DNA of 64,000 nt from an uncultured Alphaproteobacteria bacterium (GTDB taxonomy: Bacteria > Pseudomonadota > Alphaproteobacteria > MPNO01 > UBA830): positions 4,046 through 68,045 of the forward strand of contig CAJWSW010000002.1 of NCBI GenBank assembly GCA_913046035.1, written 5' to 3'. Both the position numbers and the translations under genes were made by a program. Shown piece after piece: positions 38,886-49,896 of the stretch (its first letter is position 1; each line of letters begins with the position of its first letter). The notes beneath the pieces were generated by a model. It worked only from the letters and a program-made list of their open reading frames with translations, made no database searches and was not told where the DNA came from.

Positions 38886-40652
38886 ATGGATTATGATAAA
38901 TTAAGTAGTCTGCCGGCGATGTTTTTCGCCAATACCAAAGATATTGGCAACAGGCCGTTTCTTTGGGCCAAACATGACGGCGAGTGGCAACCAACATCCG
39001 GTGAGGAGGCCCATAAAAAAGCTATCGCATTAAGCAATTCTCTCATTGAACTGGGAGTGTCAAAAGGTGACCGAATAGTCTTGGTTTCTGAAAGCCGTCC
39101 CGAATGGATGATCGCTGACATTGCGATTATGGCGACGGGCGCTATCTCTGTACCCGCATACACAACAAACCAGGTTAACGATCATGCGCACATCTTGCGC
39201 GATAGCGGCGCAAAGGGCGCGATTGTGTCGGGTCCAGCCCTCGCTAAGAATCTACTTCCGGCAGCTACAGAAGTTGGCATCGATTTTATCGTTGCAATAG
39301 AGGATATCAGCACCGGATCGCATGGTATTGCGATCCATCTTTGGGATGAATTGATCTCCAGACATGACGGTACAGTTCAATTAGAAAATGATATTGCACG
39401 AACAGACACATCTTGCCTCATTTATACCTCGGGCACAGGAGGTGTGCCAAAAGGTGTAATGTTGAGCCACGGGGCCATTATCGCTAATTGCAAGGGGGCG
39501 TTCCAATTATTGAATACCCTCGGCCTGGACGATGAGAGGTTTCTATCATTCTTGCCGCTATCACATTCATATGAGCACACGGCGGGCCTAATGTTCCCGC
39601 TCTCGATTAAAGCACAGATCTACTATGCCGAAGGAGTGGATAAACTCGCTGCAAATATGGAGGAAGTAGGTCCAACGATAATGACGGCTGTTCCACGGCT
39701 TTACGAGACCATGCACGGCCGCATTACACGTGGTGTGCAACAGAAAGGTGGGCTGTCGGAAAAATTATTTCTTAAAGCGGTCGAAAACGGTCGAAAAAAA
39801 TATGAGGGCAAACGTCGCACCCTCGGCGAAGCATTACTCGATCCACTGCTGACTAGGTTTGTTAGAGACAAAGTTGCCCGCCGGTTTGGTGGGAAGTTAA
39901 AGGCGATGGTTTCCGGAGGTGCACCACTTAATTACGATATTGGAACGTTCTTCAAAGCTCTTAATGTCCCATTGCTCCAGGGCTACGGACAAACGGAATC
40001 TGCGCCGATCATTAGCTGTAACGTCCCAAAGAAGAATAAAATTCACACGGTTGGTCCGAAGCTTGTTGACGTCGATCTGAAAATCGCAAATGACGGCGAA
40101 ATCCTTGTAAAAGGGGAGCTGGTAATGCAGGGTTACTGGAACATGCCCGAAGAAACGGCAGAAGTAATTGTCAATGGATGGCTGCACACCGGCGACATCG
40201 GGGAACTTGATGACGATGGCTATCTAATCATCACAGACCGGAAGAAGGACATCATTGTAAATGCGGGGGGAGACAATATTGCTCCGCAACGAATAGAGGG
40301 CTTCCTGACCTTACAGCCAGAGATTGCACAGGCAATGATTTACGGCGACCGAAAACCAAACCTATCGGCATTAATTTTGCCGGATCCCGAGTTTACGGCA
40401 GACTGGGCAAAGGAAACAGGAAAACCAACACCACATAACCTGGTGGACGACGATGGTTTTCGTGAGGCTATTTCAGCCGCAGTCGACCGGGTGAATGCAG
40501 ATCTATCGGTGATCGAGCGGGTACGCCGTTTCATAATAATAAACGAGCCCTTCACAATCGAAAACGAAATGATGACACCGTCTATGAAAATTCGCCGTCA
40601 CATTATTAAAGAACGCTACGGCGAAGCACTCGAAGCGCTTTACGTGCGATAA
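38886..40652 (+). CDS. fadD: Long-chain fatty-acid--CoA ligase (AMP-dependent synthetase)
   Basis: YTSGTGGVPKGV AMP-binding motif. 588 aa. Confidence 0.85.
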   Translation: MDYDKLSSLPAMFFANTKDIGNRPFLWAKHDGEWQPTSGEEAHKKAIALSNSLIELGVSKGDRIVLVSESRPEWMIADIAIMATGAISVPAYTTNQVNDHAHILRDSGAKGAIVSGPALAKNLLPAATEVGIDFIVAIEDISTGSHGIAIHLWDELISRHDGTVQLENDIARTDTSCLIYTSGTGGVPKGVMLSHGAIIANCKGAFQLLNTLGLDDERFLSFLPLSHSYEHTAGLMFPLSIKAQIYYAEGVDKLAANMEEVGPTIMTAVPRLYETMHGRITRGVQQKGGLSEKLFLKAVENGRKKYEGKRRTLGEALLDPLLTRFVRDKVARRFGGKLKAMVSGGAPLNYDIGTFFKALNVPLLQGYGQTESAPIISCNVPKKNKIHTVGPKLVDVDLKIANDGEILVKGELVMQGYWNMPEETAEVIVNGWLHTGDIGELDDDGYLIITDRKKDIIVNAGGDNIAPQRIEGFLTLQPEIAQAMIYGDRKPNLSALILPDPEFTADWAKETGKPTPHNLVDDDGFREAISAAVDRVNADLSVIERVRRFIIINEPFTIENEMMTPSMKIRRHIIKERYGEALEALYVR

Positions 40653-40779
40653 GTGCTGCATGTGGAGGACAGGTAAAAACAATTTGCATTTATGATTCAC
40701 GCCAAAACATGTTTATAGAAGATCTACCTTGGCGGGGTTTCCTGCCGTTGTAGTCTAAGTGGTTTGAAAGGAGTTCGCC

Positions 40780-41373
40780 GTGGTTACATTTTGTAGAATT
40801 ACTCTCCCCTTTGCCGCGGCAGTTATCATCGTCTTGACTACCTCCTGCACACAGCCAACTGGACTGGTCAATGTCGCATCTTCGCCGGTCGAAGATCGCT
40901 CTTTGAAAACATTGCACGACGATGCGGCTATTACCTTGGACATAAATGAGACGCTGATAGGGGAGAAATACAGTGACCTGTTCGCGGAGATTTCAACCGA
41001 CGTCTACGAGAATATTGTGATGATCACTGGCACTGTAAAATTCCCCCAAAACAAACAGCGAGCCACTCGCTTGGTACAAAGCGTCCAAAACGTCAAACGC
41101 ATTATAAACGAACTTCAGGTCACGGATGATTACAGCCCACGCGCGGCAGCAAATGATCTCTGGATCGAGACCAAGCTAAAAGTGAAGCTATTGGGCACAA
41201 AGGATATCCGCTCAATCAACTACCGGTGGCGATCCGTAAAGGGTGTTGTTTACTTAATTGGCGCTGGCCGCTCTCGGCAAGAAATAAGCAAAGTGCTCAC
41301 CGTAATTCGTCAGACGGAAAAAGTTAAAAAAGTGGTTAACCACACTTGGATCAGGCCACCCAAGACGATGTAG
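40780..41373 (+). CDS. BON-domain (OsmY-like) envelope protein, putative lipoprotein
   Basis: Signal peptide ending in ...LTTSC. Two BON-like repeats. Confidence 0.6.
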   Translation: MVTFCRITLPFAAAVIIVLTTSCTQPTGLVNVASSPVEDRSLKTLHDDAAITLDINETLIGEKYSDLFAEISTDVYENIVMITGTVKFPQNKQRATRLVQSVQNVKRIINELQVTDDYSPRAAANDLWIETKLKVKLLGTKDIRSINYRWRSVKGVVYLIGAGRSRQEISKVLTVIRQTEKVKKVVNHTWIRPPKTM

Positions 41374-41435
41374 GGCGATTTAAACATCGCACCGAAACGA
41401 GTTACTACTTGTATGGCAACGGGAAGGGAATTTCC

Positions 41436-42137
41436 ATGACGAGTAAAGAAATAGCGCTAATTGTCGGTGCCGGACGGGGTTTAAGTGCCTCGCTGACCCG
41501 ACTATTTGCGTCTGAAGATATGGACGTGGCCATCGCGGCTCGCAACACGGACAAGCTATCCGCGCTTTGCGAAGAAACAGGGGCTCAGGCCTACGCCTGT
41601 GATGCAGTCGATAGCGCACAGGTAGACCAGTTATTTGCCTCTGTCACTGCGGATATCGGTAAACCGGATGTTGTCGTCTACAACGCGTCCAACCGCGCTC
41701 GCGGACCGATCCAAAATCTAGATCCGGAGGCTGTTCGCACTGCGATTCAAGTCAGCTGCTTCGGCGGGTTCCTTGTTGCCCAAGCAGCAGCAAAACAAAT
41801 GATATCCCGTAAATCCGGCACCATCTTGCTTACAGGGGCATCAGCTAGTGTTAAGGGTTATCCGAATTCATCTTCGTTTGCGATGGGCAAGTTCGGGCTC
41901 AGAGGTTTGGCCCAGTCTCTAGCCCGTGAATTGCAACCTCAGAATATCCACGTAGCTCATTTCGTTATCGACGGCGGCATCCTGCAAGGGAGCCATGACC
42001 CAAGAGCTCCTGAACGCGGCGAGGATGCTATGTTGCTGCCTGATGAAATAGCGAAGGATTACCTTCACGTTCACCGTCAGCACCGTTCATCGTGGACTTG
42101 GGAAATCGAGTTACGTCCTTGGGTTGAAAAATTCTAA
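41436..42137 (+). CDS. SDR-family oxidoreductase
   Basis: IVGAGRGLSASL Rossmann motif, YxxxK region. Start at Met 41436 with GGGAAGGGA SD. Confidence 0.8.
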   Translation: MTSKEIALIVGAGRGLSASLTRLFASEDMDVAIAARNTDKLSALCEETGAQAYACDAVDSAQVDQLFASVTADIGKPDVVVYNASNRARGPIQNLDPEAVRTAIQVSCFGGFLVAQAAAKQMISRKSGTILLTGASASVKGYPNSSSFAMGKFGLRGLAQSLARELQPQNIHVAHFVIDGGILQGSHDPRAPERGEDAMLLPDEIAKDYLHVHRQHRSSWTWEIELRPWVEKF

Positions 42138-42222
42138 ATAAGCGGGCCGAATATTACTACCGCAAAACACAGAATTAAGCGGATAAAAAGGCCGATCTCA
42201 ATCGAACCTTTAAACCGTAAAT

Positions 42223-42501
42223 TTATTCAGCGGCCTGAACCGATCCCATAGGCCGTTCGATCATACCTAGGGCCGAGAGGTATGTATCAAGTAAGAATTC
42301 CGCTTCCTGACGATCGCTATCATCCATTTTTCGGAGAGAAACGACTTTACGCATTGTCTTAACATCGAAGCCCACACCCTTAGCTTCGGCATAGACCTCT
42401 TTAATATCTGCCATCAACGCCATTTTTTCTTCTTCAAGCCTCTCGATGCGTTCAATAAAAGACCGCAACCGATCATGCGCTACTGTGCCACCTTCAGCCA
42501 T
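42223..42501 (-). CDS. gapR: GapR-like nucleoid-associated protein (DUF2312)
   Basis: 92 aa. ...[38 protein letters not shown]... matches the DUF2312/GapR family. The ORF track gives a 5'-overextended ORF. Confidence 0.75.
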   Translation of the reverse strand: MAEGGTVAHDRLRSFIERIERLEEEKMALMADIKEVYAEAKGVGFDVKTMRKVVSLRKMDDSDRQEAEFLLDTYLSALGMIERPMGSVQAAE

Positions 42502-42584
42502 CCTATCCCTCTCAGTGTTTGTTAACCCACACGAAAGAAGACTAAGTAGGCAAGGTCGAATCGGAAAGAAAATGGGTGAAAGGT

Positions 42585-42593
42585 TTATCCACA
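42585..42593 (+). promoter_or_regulatory. Consensus DnaA box TTATCCACA about 85 bp upstream of gapR
   Basis: Direct read. A single 9-mer could occur by chance. Confidence 0.25.
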
Positions 42594-42634
42594 CTAAGCC
42601 CATTATCCGTGGAAAACTGCTGGTGTAATGTGAG

Positions 42635-42931
42635 CTAGTGTGCGCTGTTCGACTCCTTAAATTTAGCCTTTTGCTCGGGTGTAGCCTCCGTCTGGTATTT
42701 ATCGCGCCATTCCGCAAACGGCATCCCGTAGACAATTTCACGGGCATCGTCCTTACTCATTTCGACACCTTTTTCATTAGCCGCTTCCTGATACCAACGG
42801 CTTAGGCAATTGCGGCAAAAACCTGACAAATTCATAAGATCGATGTTTTGAACATCTGTGCGTTCGCCCAAATGCTTCACTAAACTGCGAAACGCAGCTG
42901 CTTCAAGTTCAATGCGGGTCTGGTCATTCAT
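42635..42931 (-). CDS. DUF1244-family protein
   Basis: 98 aa with CRNCLSRWY motif. Confidence 0.55.
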   Translation of the reverse strand: MNDQTRIELEAAAFRSLVKHLGERTDVQNIDLMNLSGFCRNCLSRWYQEAANEKGVEMSKDDAREIVYGMPFAEWRDKYQTEATPEQKAKFKESNSAH

Positions 42932-43020
42932 ACCATCTCTCCTAAAGGACGTATTAGTCTGGTATAGGACTTATAGCATGCGCTTGGAAAACGTTTCCAC
43001 GAAAGATATAGGACGACTGA

Positions 43021-43935
43021 ATGGCCCAACTAACTGATACTGCCCGGTTGCGTCGCGAACGTATTGCAATACTCGCAATCTTTATTGGAGCCGTCATAAT
43101 TGGGTTCGCCCCAATACTCGTGCGATTGAGCGAACTCGGGCCTATGGCGACCGGTTTTCATCGGTTTCTGCTCGCGGTTCCGTTGTACTGGCTTATCGCG
43201 GCTTCCATTCCTCAGAAAGCTGTGAGCGAGGGAAATGAGACGCCTCGCTCATTTCGCGATTTTTTACTCATTGGAATGGCAGGTTTATATCTCGCTGCTG
43301 ATATTGCCGCGTGGCACTATTCGATCCAAATGACAACGGTTGCCAATTCAACACTACTTGCCAATGTTGCGCCCGTATTTGTGGTGCTCGGCGGCTGGCT
43401 TATTTTCCGAACACGGGTAACCAAGACTTATCTCCTTGGTCTCGGCGCTGCCATGATAGGTGTATTTATTCTATCCCGGGCTAGCCTCTCTCTCAGCGAC
43501 AATCATTTTTTTGGTGATCTCGTAGGCCTACTTGCTGCGTTTTTCTATGCCGCCTATCAGATGTCGGTCGAACGCCTACGCAAAAGATTTTCAACCATTA
43601 CTATTATGAAATTCGCTATTCCCATAAGCGCCCTGTGCATGGTCCCTATTGCACTGGCTAGTGGCGACGAACTGCTCCCTGTTACACTTGCTGGTTGGGC
43701 GTTTCTGGTTGCGCTGGCGGCAGGCCCGCAGGTCTTTGGTCAGGGATTAATTGCATGGGCGCTTGCGCACCTACCGGTCGCCTTCGCCTCGGTTAGCTTG
43801 CTTATACAACCGGTGACTGCAGGATTTGTGGCCTGGCTACTTTTCGACGAAGTGATCGGAACGCAGCAGGCAATCGGCGGGCTTATTGTTTTAGCAGGCA
43901 TCATGTTAGCACGGCGCGGTAGTAGCCGGCGATGA
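43021..43935 (+). CDS. DMT-superfamily (EamA) transporter
   Basis: 10-TM profile, two EamA repeats, 304 aa. Confidence 0.75.
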   Translation: MAQLTDTARLRRERIAILAIFIGAVIIGFAPILVRLSELGPMATGFHRFLLAVPLYWLIAASIPQKAVSEGNETPRSFRDFLLIGMAGLYLAADIAAWHYSIQMTTVANSTLLANVAPVFVVLGGWLIFRTRVTKTYLLGLGAAMIGVFILSRASLSLSDNHFFGDLVGLLAAFFYAAYQMSVERLRKRFSTITIMKFAIPISALCMVPIALASGDELLPVTLAGWAFLVALAAGPQVFGQGLIAWALAHLPVAFASVSLLIQPVTAGFVAWLLFDEVIGTQQAIGGLIVLAGIMLARRGSSRR

Positions 43936-45182
43936 GCACACTGCACCCAGAGAGGTTCCTGCGCGGCCTCTTTGATATTGCCGTTGAATCAGCCAACCCA
44001 TCACAAATTTTACCCCCCCACCTACCGCTGCCGCCGACTGGTCGTACACTCGTGTTATCGGCCGGAAAAGCCGCAGCCTCCATGGCACGCGCTGTGGAAA
44101 CCCTTTGGCTTGGAGATCTGTCAGGATTAGCAGTGACACGTTATGGGCATGGCGTTGAATGCGAGCATATTGAGGTAATCGAAGCAGGTCATCCTCTGCC
44201 AGATGACGCAGGCCACGGCGCAGCTCGTCGGTTTCTCGCCCTGGCGGACGGCCTTGGAAAAGATGATCTTTTGCTGTTTCTAATTTCGGGAGGGGCATCT
44301 GCATTACTAGTCGAACCGCCAGAAGGGCTTGGATTGAATGACAAAAGGTTGATAACCCACGCGTTGCTGGAGTCCGGAGCGCCAATTGACGAGATAAACT
44401 GCGTTCGTAAGCACCTTTCAGCAATCAAAGGTGGACGGCTTGCCGCTGCTGCGTATCCCGCACGCGTAGCGACGCTCGCCATATCAGACGTACCAAATGA
44501 TGACCCGACAGTGATAGGCTCGGGACCGACCACAGGTGATCCGACTACCTGCGCAGACGCATTGGCAATTGCAGACCACCGAGCAATAAGGCTGCCCGAG
44601 CACGTTCGAAGAGCGCTTTCGGCCGGCTCCTGGGAAACCATTAAACCCGATGACCCTTTATTGGCTAACGCATACTATCGCCTTGTCGCTGGACCCGCTG
44701 GCTCGCAGAAAGCCGCAGCAAACGCGGCAGAGAGTGCACAAATCAAACCGATGCTTTTAGGCGCCAATCTGGAAGGAGAGGCCCGAGATGTCGGTTACGA
44801 ACACGCGGGGATCGCGAGAGCGGCCCCGCCGGGGGTGATTCTTTCTGGCGGTGAAACAACTGTTACTTTGAAGGGCCGCCGTGGACGGGGAGGTCGCAAC
44901 TGCGAGTATCTCTTGGCGTTGGCCATCGCACTCGAGGGGGCGCCGGGTATTCACGCAATTGCGTGCGATACTGATGGAATTGATGGCACAGAAGACGCAG
45001 CCGGTGCTCATATTCGACCTGACACCCTGATGAGGGCAGCCTCTGCAGGTTTAAATCCCCTCAAGATGTTGGAGGAGCACGACAGCTTCACCTTTTTTGA
45101 GAAACTTGATGATTTAATCTGGACCGGCCCAACCCGAACCAACGTTAATGATTTTCGAGCGATAATGGTCACTGGTAGATAA
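43932..45182 (+). CDS. Glycerate 2-kinase (MOFRL family; hydroxypyruvate reductase-like)
   Basis: 416 aa, MOFRL N- and C-domains. 4-nt overlap with the upstream gene. Confidence 0.8.
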   Translation: MSTLHPERFLRGLFDIAVESANPSQILPPHLPLPPTGRTLVLSAGKAAASMARAVETLWLGDLSGLAVTRYGHGVECEHIEVIEAGHPLPDDAGHGAARRFLALADGLGKDDLLLFLISGGASALLVEPPEGLGLNDKRLITHALLESGAPIDEINCVRKHLSAIKGGRLAAAAYPARVATLAISDVPNDDPTVIGSGPTTGDPTTCADALAIADHRAIRLPEHVRRALSAGSWETIKPDDPLLANAYYRLVAGPAGSQKAAANAAESAQIKPMLLGANLEGEARDVGYEHAGIARAAPPGVILSGGETTVTLKGRRGRGGRNCEYLLALAIALEGAPGIHAIACDTDGIDGTEDAAGAHIRPDTLMRAASAGLNPLKMLEEHDSFTFFEKLDDLIWTGPTRTNVNDFRAIMVTGR

Positions 45183-45211
45183 CTATATCCACCTATTCTA
45201 TAACGTAAAAC

Positions 45212-46639
45212 ATGAACCGAAACCGGCGTGCAAAGATCGTAGCCACTCTTGGCCCGGCAAGTAATACCCAAGAACAAATCGAAAAACTGTTCGTTGCTGG
45301 CGCAGATGTCTTTCGCTTCAACTTTAGTCACGGCACCCATGATGAACATATGGCCCGAATGGAAGAAATTCGCGCCATCGAACACCAGTATGGACGACCA
45401 ATATCCGTCATCGCAGATTTACAGGGGCCGAAGCTACGTATCGGCCAAATAAAAGAGGGCGGGGTTCATCTCGGAGAAGGGCAGACATTCCGTCTAGACC
45501 TCGATAAGGCCCTCGGCGATCACGATCGAGTGCCCCTACTCCATCCCGAAATTTTCTCGGCGCTCAGAACAGATACCCAGATTTTTCTGGATGATGGCAA
45601 GATCCGATTACAGGTCGTTGATGCGGGCAAGGACTATGCGGAGACAGTTGTAACTGCGGGTGGCTTGCTAACCGACCGAAAGGGCGTCAACGTTCCTAAT
45701 GCAGTCCTGCCCGTCGCTGCTATGACAGATAAGGACCGCTCGGACTTAGAACACGCTTTATTAATTGGCGTGGACTGGATTGCGCTGTCATTCGTTCAGC
45801 GTCCAAACGATCTCGCCGAAGCGCGAAAATTAATCTGCGACAGAGCTGCCATCATCTCAAAGCTCGAAAAACCCTCTGCAATCGAAAGGCTAGAAGAAAT
45901 CATCGAATTATCTGACGCGATAATGGTTGCGCGCGGCGACCTTGGCGTTGAATTACCCCCCGAAGATGTGCCCGCTCTTCAAAAACAGATTATTCGGCAA
46001 TGCCGGGAAACGGGCAAACCCGTAGTGGTCGCCACTCAGATGCTTGAGTCAATGATCAATGCGCCAACGCCAACCCGAGCAGAAGCATCAGATATAGCTA
46101 CCGCTATTTATGACGGGGCGGATGCAGTGATGCTGTCTGCAGAAACAGCAGTGGGCGAATACCCAGTTGAGGCGGTTTCTATCATGAACCGCATTATCAA
46201 TCGCACTGAACAGGATGACGCCTATCGAGCGATAATGGTTACCACACACCCGGATCCCGAACGAACTGCGCAAGATGCCATAACGGCGGCAGCCCGACAG
46301 GTGGCAGAAACGATTGGGGCCACAGCTATCGTCACCTACACAACATCAGGCTCAACGACATTGCGCGCGGCGCGCGAACGTCCCGAAGTTCCGATCTTAT
46401 GCCTAACAGAAAAGCGGTCTACGGCTAATCAGTTGGTCCTTGTATGGGGCATTCATAGCGTGATTACAAAAGATGTGAGAAATTTCGCTGATATGATTGA
46501 AAGAGCGTGCCAGATAGCATGCGAACAAGGCTTAGCAAAAAATGGTGACCGGCTCGTTGTTACCGCCGGCGTGCCATTCGGAACACCGGGCGCTACAAAT
46601 ATCCTGAGGATTGCTAGAGTGGACGACCAATTATTCTGA
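45212..46639 (+). CDS. pyk: Pyruvate kinase
   Basis: MNRNRRAKIVATLGPAS..., MVARGDLG motif. 475 aa. Confidence 0.95.
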   Translation: MNRNRRAKIVATLGPASNTQEQIEKLFVAGADVFRFNFSHGTHDEHMARMEEIRAIEHQYGRPISVIADLQGPKLRIGQIKEGGVHLGEGQTFRLDLDKALGDHDRVPLLHPEIFSALRTDTQIFLDDGKIRLQVVDAGKDYAETVVTAGGLLTDRKGVNVPNAVLPVAAMTDKDRSDLEHALLIGVDWIALSFVQRPNDLAEARKLICDRAAIISKLEKPSAIERLEEIIELSDAIMVARGDLGVELPPEDVPALQKQIIRQCRETGKPVVVATQMLESMINAPTPTRAEASDIATAIYDGADAVMLSAETAVGEYPVEAVSIMNRIINRTEQDDAYRAIMVTTHPDPERTAQDAITAAARQVAETIGATAIVTYTTSGSTTLRAARERPEVPILCLTEKRSTANQLVLVWGIHSVITKDVRNFADMIERACQIACEQGLAKNGDRLVVTAGVPFGTPGATNILRIARVDDQLF

Positions 46640-46803
46640 CGTTCAACTTTAAATTGTTGCATCAATGCCCTGGTGTGAACCGCGCTTACCTCAATACGGT
46701 GAAGTGATCCGCAACGGAAAGCGTGTCGACCCACAGAAGATCAGTCGCAATCAAACCCTTTTTCGCGTTCCACCTGCCTCTCAACACCTATCCGAGGCGT
46801 TTA

Positions 46804-47358
46804 TTAGACCTGCTTCCCGTGAACCGTTTTTCGTAGCTCTTCAATGTAAGTTTTTGCGCCGGGCAAATGCGGGTGGATCTTCAACGCTGCCTCGAAAGCC
46901 TTAAGGGCTTCACGTTCGTGTCCTATTGCAAGGTTGATTAAACCTAGACCCGACAGAGCGCCAAAGTGGCGCGGTTCAAGCGACAGCGTTTTCTGAATGT
47001 CGATTACCGAGTCTTGATATCGACCGAGCAGGTAATTGACAGTTGCTCGTTTGTTCCACGCCTCAGCGAAGTCCGGTTGAACCTCGGTAACTTTACTAAA
47101 CGCTGCAAGCGCCTCTTCATTACTCTCTCTGCCCATTGCCTGAAGGCCTTTGAGGATGAGCGCGTCCAACTCGCCGTTCCCTGACATTAACCAGATATTC
47201 CAAATCAATTTTTCAATCGGCAGGGCCTCCTCTAATGTTTCCGCCGATTTTAACTTTTCGAACAACATCGGTAGACGTGCATCGTTCTGGCTTGCCTGCA
47301 TCGGAACAGAAAACGTGAGTGTCGCTGCTGTCGCAATCCAATGAAGAAAACTTTTCAC
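46804..47358 (-). CDS. Secreted tetratricopeptide-repeat protein (proposed GTG start at 47358)
   Basis: Signal peptide MKSFLHWIATAATLTFSVPMQA after GTG with an AAGGA SD. TPR repeats. The ORF track extends to 47463. Confidence 0.5.
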   Translation of the reverse strand: MKSFLHWIATAATLTFSVPMQASQNDARLPMLFEKLKSAETLEEALPIEKLIWNIWLMSGNGELDALILKGLQAMGRESNEEALAAFSKVTEVQPDFAEAWNKRATVNYLLGRYQDSVIDIQKTLSLEPRHFGALSGLGLINLAIGHEREALKAFEAALKIHPHLPGAKTYIEELRKTVHGKQV

Positions 47359-48659
47359 TAAACTTTTAATCCTTCTGGGCGGGGACCACCTGTACCCCAA
47401 TCTAAAAGCTCCACAGTATGCAGAACAGGAACCTCTACTGCGTCTTGGATCTGTATCATACACCCTATATTACCAGTTGCGATTACATCCGGCAGTGTAC
47501 GACTTATATGAGCGACTTTCCGGTCACGAAGTTGACTGGCTATCTCTGGCTGCATCAGATTGTAAGTACCCGCGGATCCACAACACAAATGTGCCTCATC
47601 GGGTTCCGAGACGTTGAAACCCAGGGTTGCAAGCAGCTTTTGAGGTGTTGCTGTTATTTCCTGACCATGTTGCAGCGAACACGCACTATGATAGGTGACG
47701 CGTAAGCCACCACGATCGGAATTAGGCAAAACGTCCATCTCTGACACAAATTCCGAAACATCGCGCGTAAGTTCGCTGATACGTCGGGATTTTTCGGCGT
47801 AAGCCTTATCGTTCCTAAGTATGAATGCGTAATCCTTAACCATTGTGCCGCATCCGGATGCATTCACGATGATAGCGTCAACATTATCGGCTGCTTGATC
47901 TAAGTCGATTTCGTGGGTCCACGCGTCAACGTTTGCTCTCATTAATCTTTTTGTGGTTTTCTCTTGGCCTACATGATGCGCGATAGCACCGCAACAACCG
48001 GAGCCTTTGGCAACAATGACTTCGCAACCTAGACGTGTCAGTAACCGCACAGTCGCTTCATTGATTCGCGCGGCTAGTACCTGTTGAACACACCCTTGCA
48101 TCAGTAGGACACGCTTTCGACGTTTACCCTCTGCAGGCCAAATGACCGGGCCAGAGCCCAACGGAGATGACGAGGGTGCCGACGGCGCCAGCATTAACAT
48201 TACGCGCAAACGCTTGGGTATTAGGCCGGAAATCGAGCGGGCTAATTTTGCAAGTCGTAGCAGAAGGAGAAAACGACTTGGGTGTGGCAAGACAGCGCCA
48301 ATCATCGCTCTGACGATTCGGTCGATTATCGGCCGAGTATAAGTTTTTTCAATATGCAAACGAGCGTGATCAATCAGATGCATGTAATTTACACCTGATG
48401 GGCATGTGGTCATACAAGACATGCATGAGAGACATCGATCTAAATGTTTAACAACAGTTTCTGTCGGAGGTTTTCCACTTTCGAGCATGTCCTTCATTAG
48501 ATAGATACGACCACGCGGACTATCTAGTTCGTCTCCAAGTAAAACGTAGGTGGGGCATGTCGCCGTGCAAAAGCCACAATGCACGCATTTCCGCAGTATT
48601 TTTTCTGACTCAGCCAGGTCTGAATCTGCCAGTTGCGCAAGCGAGAAATTCGTCTGCAT
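47358..48659 (-). CDS. glcF: Glycolate oxidase iron-sulfur subunit
   Basis: Two CxxCxxCxxxCP ferredoxin motifs plus CCG domains. 433 aa. Confidence 0.85.
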   Translation of the reverse strand: MQTNFSLAQLADSDLAESEKILRKCVHCGFCTATCPTYVLLGDELDSPRGRIYLMKDMLESGKPPTETVVKHLDRCLSCMSCMTTCPSGVNYMHLIDHARLHIEKTYTRPIIDRIVRAMIGAVLPHPSRFLLLLRLAKLARSISGLIPKRLRVMLMLAPSAPSSSPLGSGPVIWPAEGKRRKRVLLMQGCVQQVLAARINEATVRLLTRLGCEVIVAKGSGCCGAIAHHVGQEKTTKRLMRANVDAWTHEIDLDQAADNVDAIIVNASGCGTMVKDYAFILRNDKAYAEKSRRISELTRDVSEFVSEMDVLPNSDRGGLRVTYHSACSLQHGQEITATPQKLLATLGFNVSEPDEAHLCCGSAGTYNLMQPEIASQLRDRKVAHISRTLPDVIATGNIGCMIQIQDAVEVPVLHTVELLDWGTGGPRPEGLKV

Positions 48660-48662
48660 AAA

Positions 48663-49889
48663 TCAAACACCCTCGAACATACGGCCAGGGTTAAGAATAC
48701 GTTTTGGATCAAATGCGTCTTTTATACGTTCTGTCAGGCGCGCAACGGCCGGCAGCTCAGGATGGAACACTGGTTCAAGGGCCCGTTGTTTTATGCTGCC
48801 TCGGATCAAGGTAGCGTGGCCACCCTCGGCGCCCATCGTCCGGCGTATGATGCTGGAGCCACCATCGTCCATCCCGGAAACCTGCGCCCAAATTAATCCG
48901 CCACCCCAGTCTAGAAACGCGTCCATATCAGCCACCGCATGAAGTTTATTTAGCAGCGCTTGTGCTTCCGCCGGCGCGACGGAAATTTTCCATAAAGCAT
49001 CACGATCGCCAAAATCGATAAATGCACGCACATCCCGCACTTCGCGCCAAAAATTAAGTGAATTATGTGAATGTAGTTCTTCAAGATCGCCAAACGACGC
49101 CAGATCTTCGCGGAGTGATCGACAGCGTTCTTCAACTGATCTGCTGATCCCCTCAAGTCTCAACGCCGCAAGTGCGGCACCCGAGCTGGCGACGTAAGAT
49201 ACTGCCGACTTAGAAACAATAGATTGTGGTAACCAGGCAGCCGCGGAGACGTCGTGCGGACTAGAAAGAGCCGCAGTCATTACCGAGAGCGCAACGGACA
49301 GGTTAGGGCAGTTTACAAGCAGTGTGCGGGTTTTTTCCGGCGCGGGCATAACCTTGACAGTTATATCGGTCATTACGCCCAGTGTTCCCCAAGACCCCGC
49401 CATTAACTTGCAAAGGTCATAGCCGGTTACATTTTTCACCACACGGCCACCAGATCTAAAGATTTCCCCTCGTCCTGAAACCGCCTCAACCCCAAGGAAA
49501 TGGTCACGGGCGGCTCCCACCTTGATACGACGAGGTCCCGCAAGATTCCCGGCTACCACGCCACCTAGCGTTCCCAAGTTCAAAGGAGCGCCAAGTAAAG
49601 GACCATAATCGGGTGGTTCAAATGCCAGCATCTGGCCATTCTGAGCCAATTCAGACTGGAGGTGCGTCATAGTAGTTCCAGGGCCGGCACGCAATACCAG
49701 CTCATCCGGCTCATATAACGAAATCCCGTTTAGCGCAGATGTGCTCAGGATATGGTCAGTCTCCATTGGCCTTCCAATGGAGCGCCGTGATCCTGCACCC
49801 ATGATTTCAAGCGTCTTTTCGGAGGTGATAGCATCTGCGATGATCTCGCAGGTATCCCTGGCCGTTATCGGATTTAGTTGTTCCGTCAT
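48663..49889 (-). CDS. glcE: Glycolate oxidase FAD-binding subunit
   Basis: FAD_binding_4 domain. Start moved to Met 49889 to avoid overlap with glcD. Confidence 0.75.
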   Translation of the reverse strand: MTEQLNPITARDTCEIIADAITSEKTLEIMGAGSRRSIGRPMETDHILSTSALNGISLYEPDELVLRAGPGTTMTHLQSELAQNGQMLAFEPPDYGPLLGAPLNLGTLGGVVAGNLAGPRRIKVGAARDHFLGVEAVSGRGEIFRSGGRVVKNVTGYDLCKLMAGSWGTLGVMTDITVKVMPAPEKTRTLLVNCPNLSVALSVMTAALSSPHDVSAAAWLPQSIVSKSAVSYVASSGAALAALRLEGISRSVEERCRSLREDLASFGDLEELHSHNSLNFWREVRDVRAFIDFGDRDALWKISVAPAEAQALLNKLHAVADMDAFLDWGGGLIWAQVSGMDDGGSSIIRRTMGAEGGHATLIRGSIKQRALEPVFHPELPAVARLTERIKDAFDPKRILNPGRMFEGV

Positions 49890-49896
49890 CAACCCA

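Noticed and set aside
43906-44641. 172-aa and 150-aa minus-strand ORFs within the glycerate kinase gene
   Set aside because: Antisense to a GC-rich, well-supported CDS. Arg/Ala-rich junk translation.
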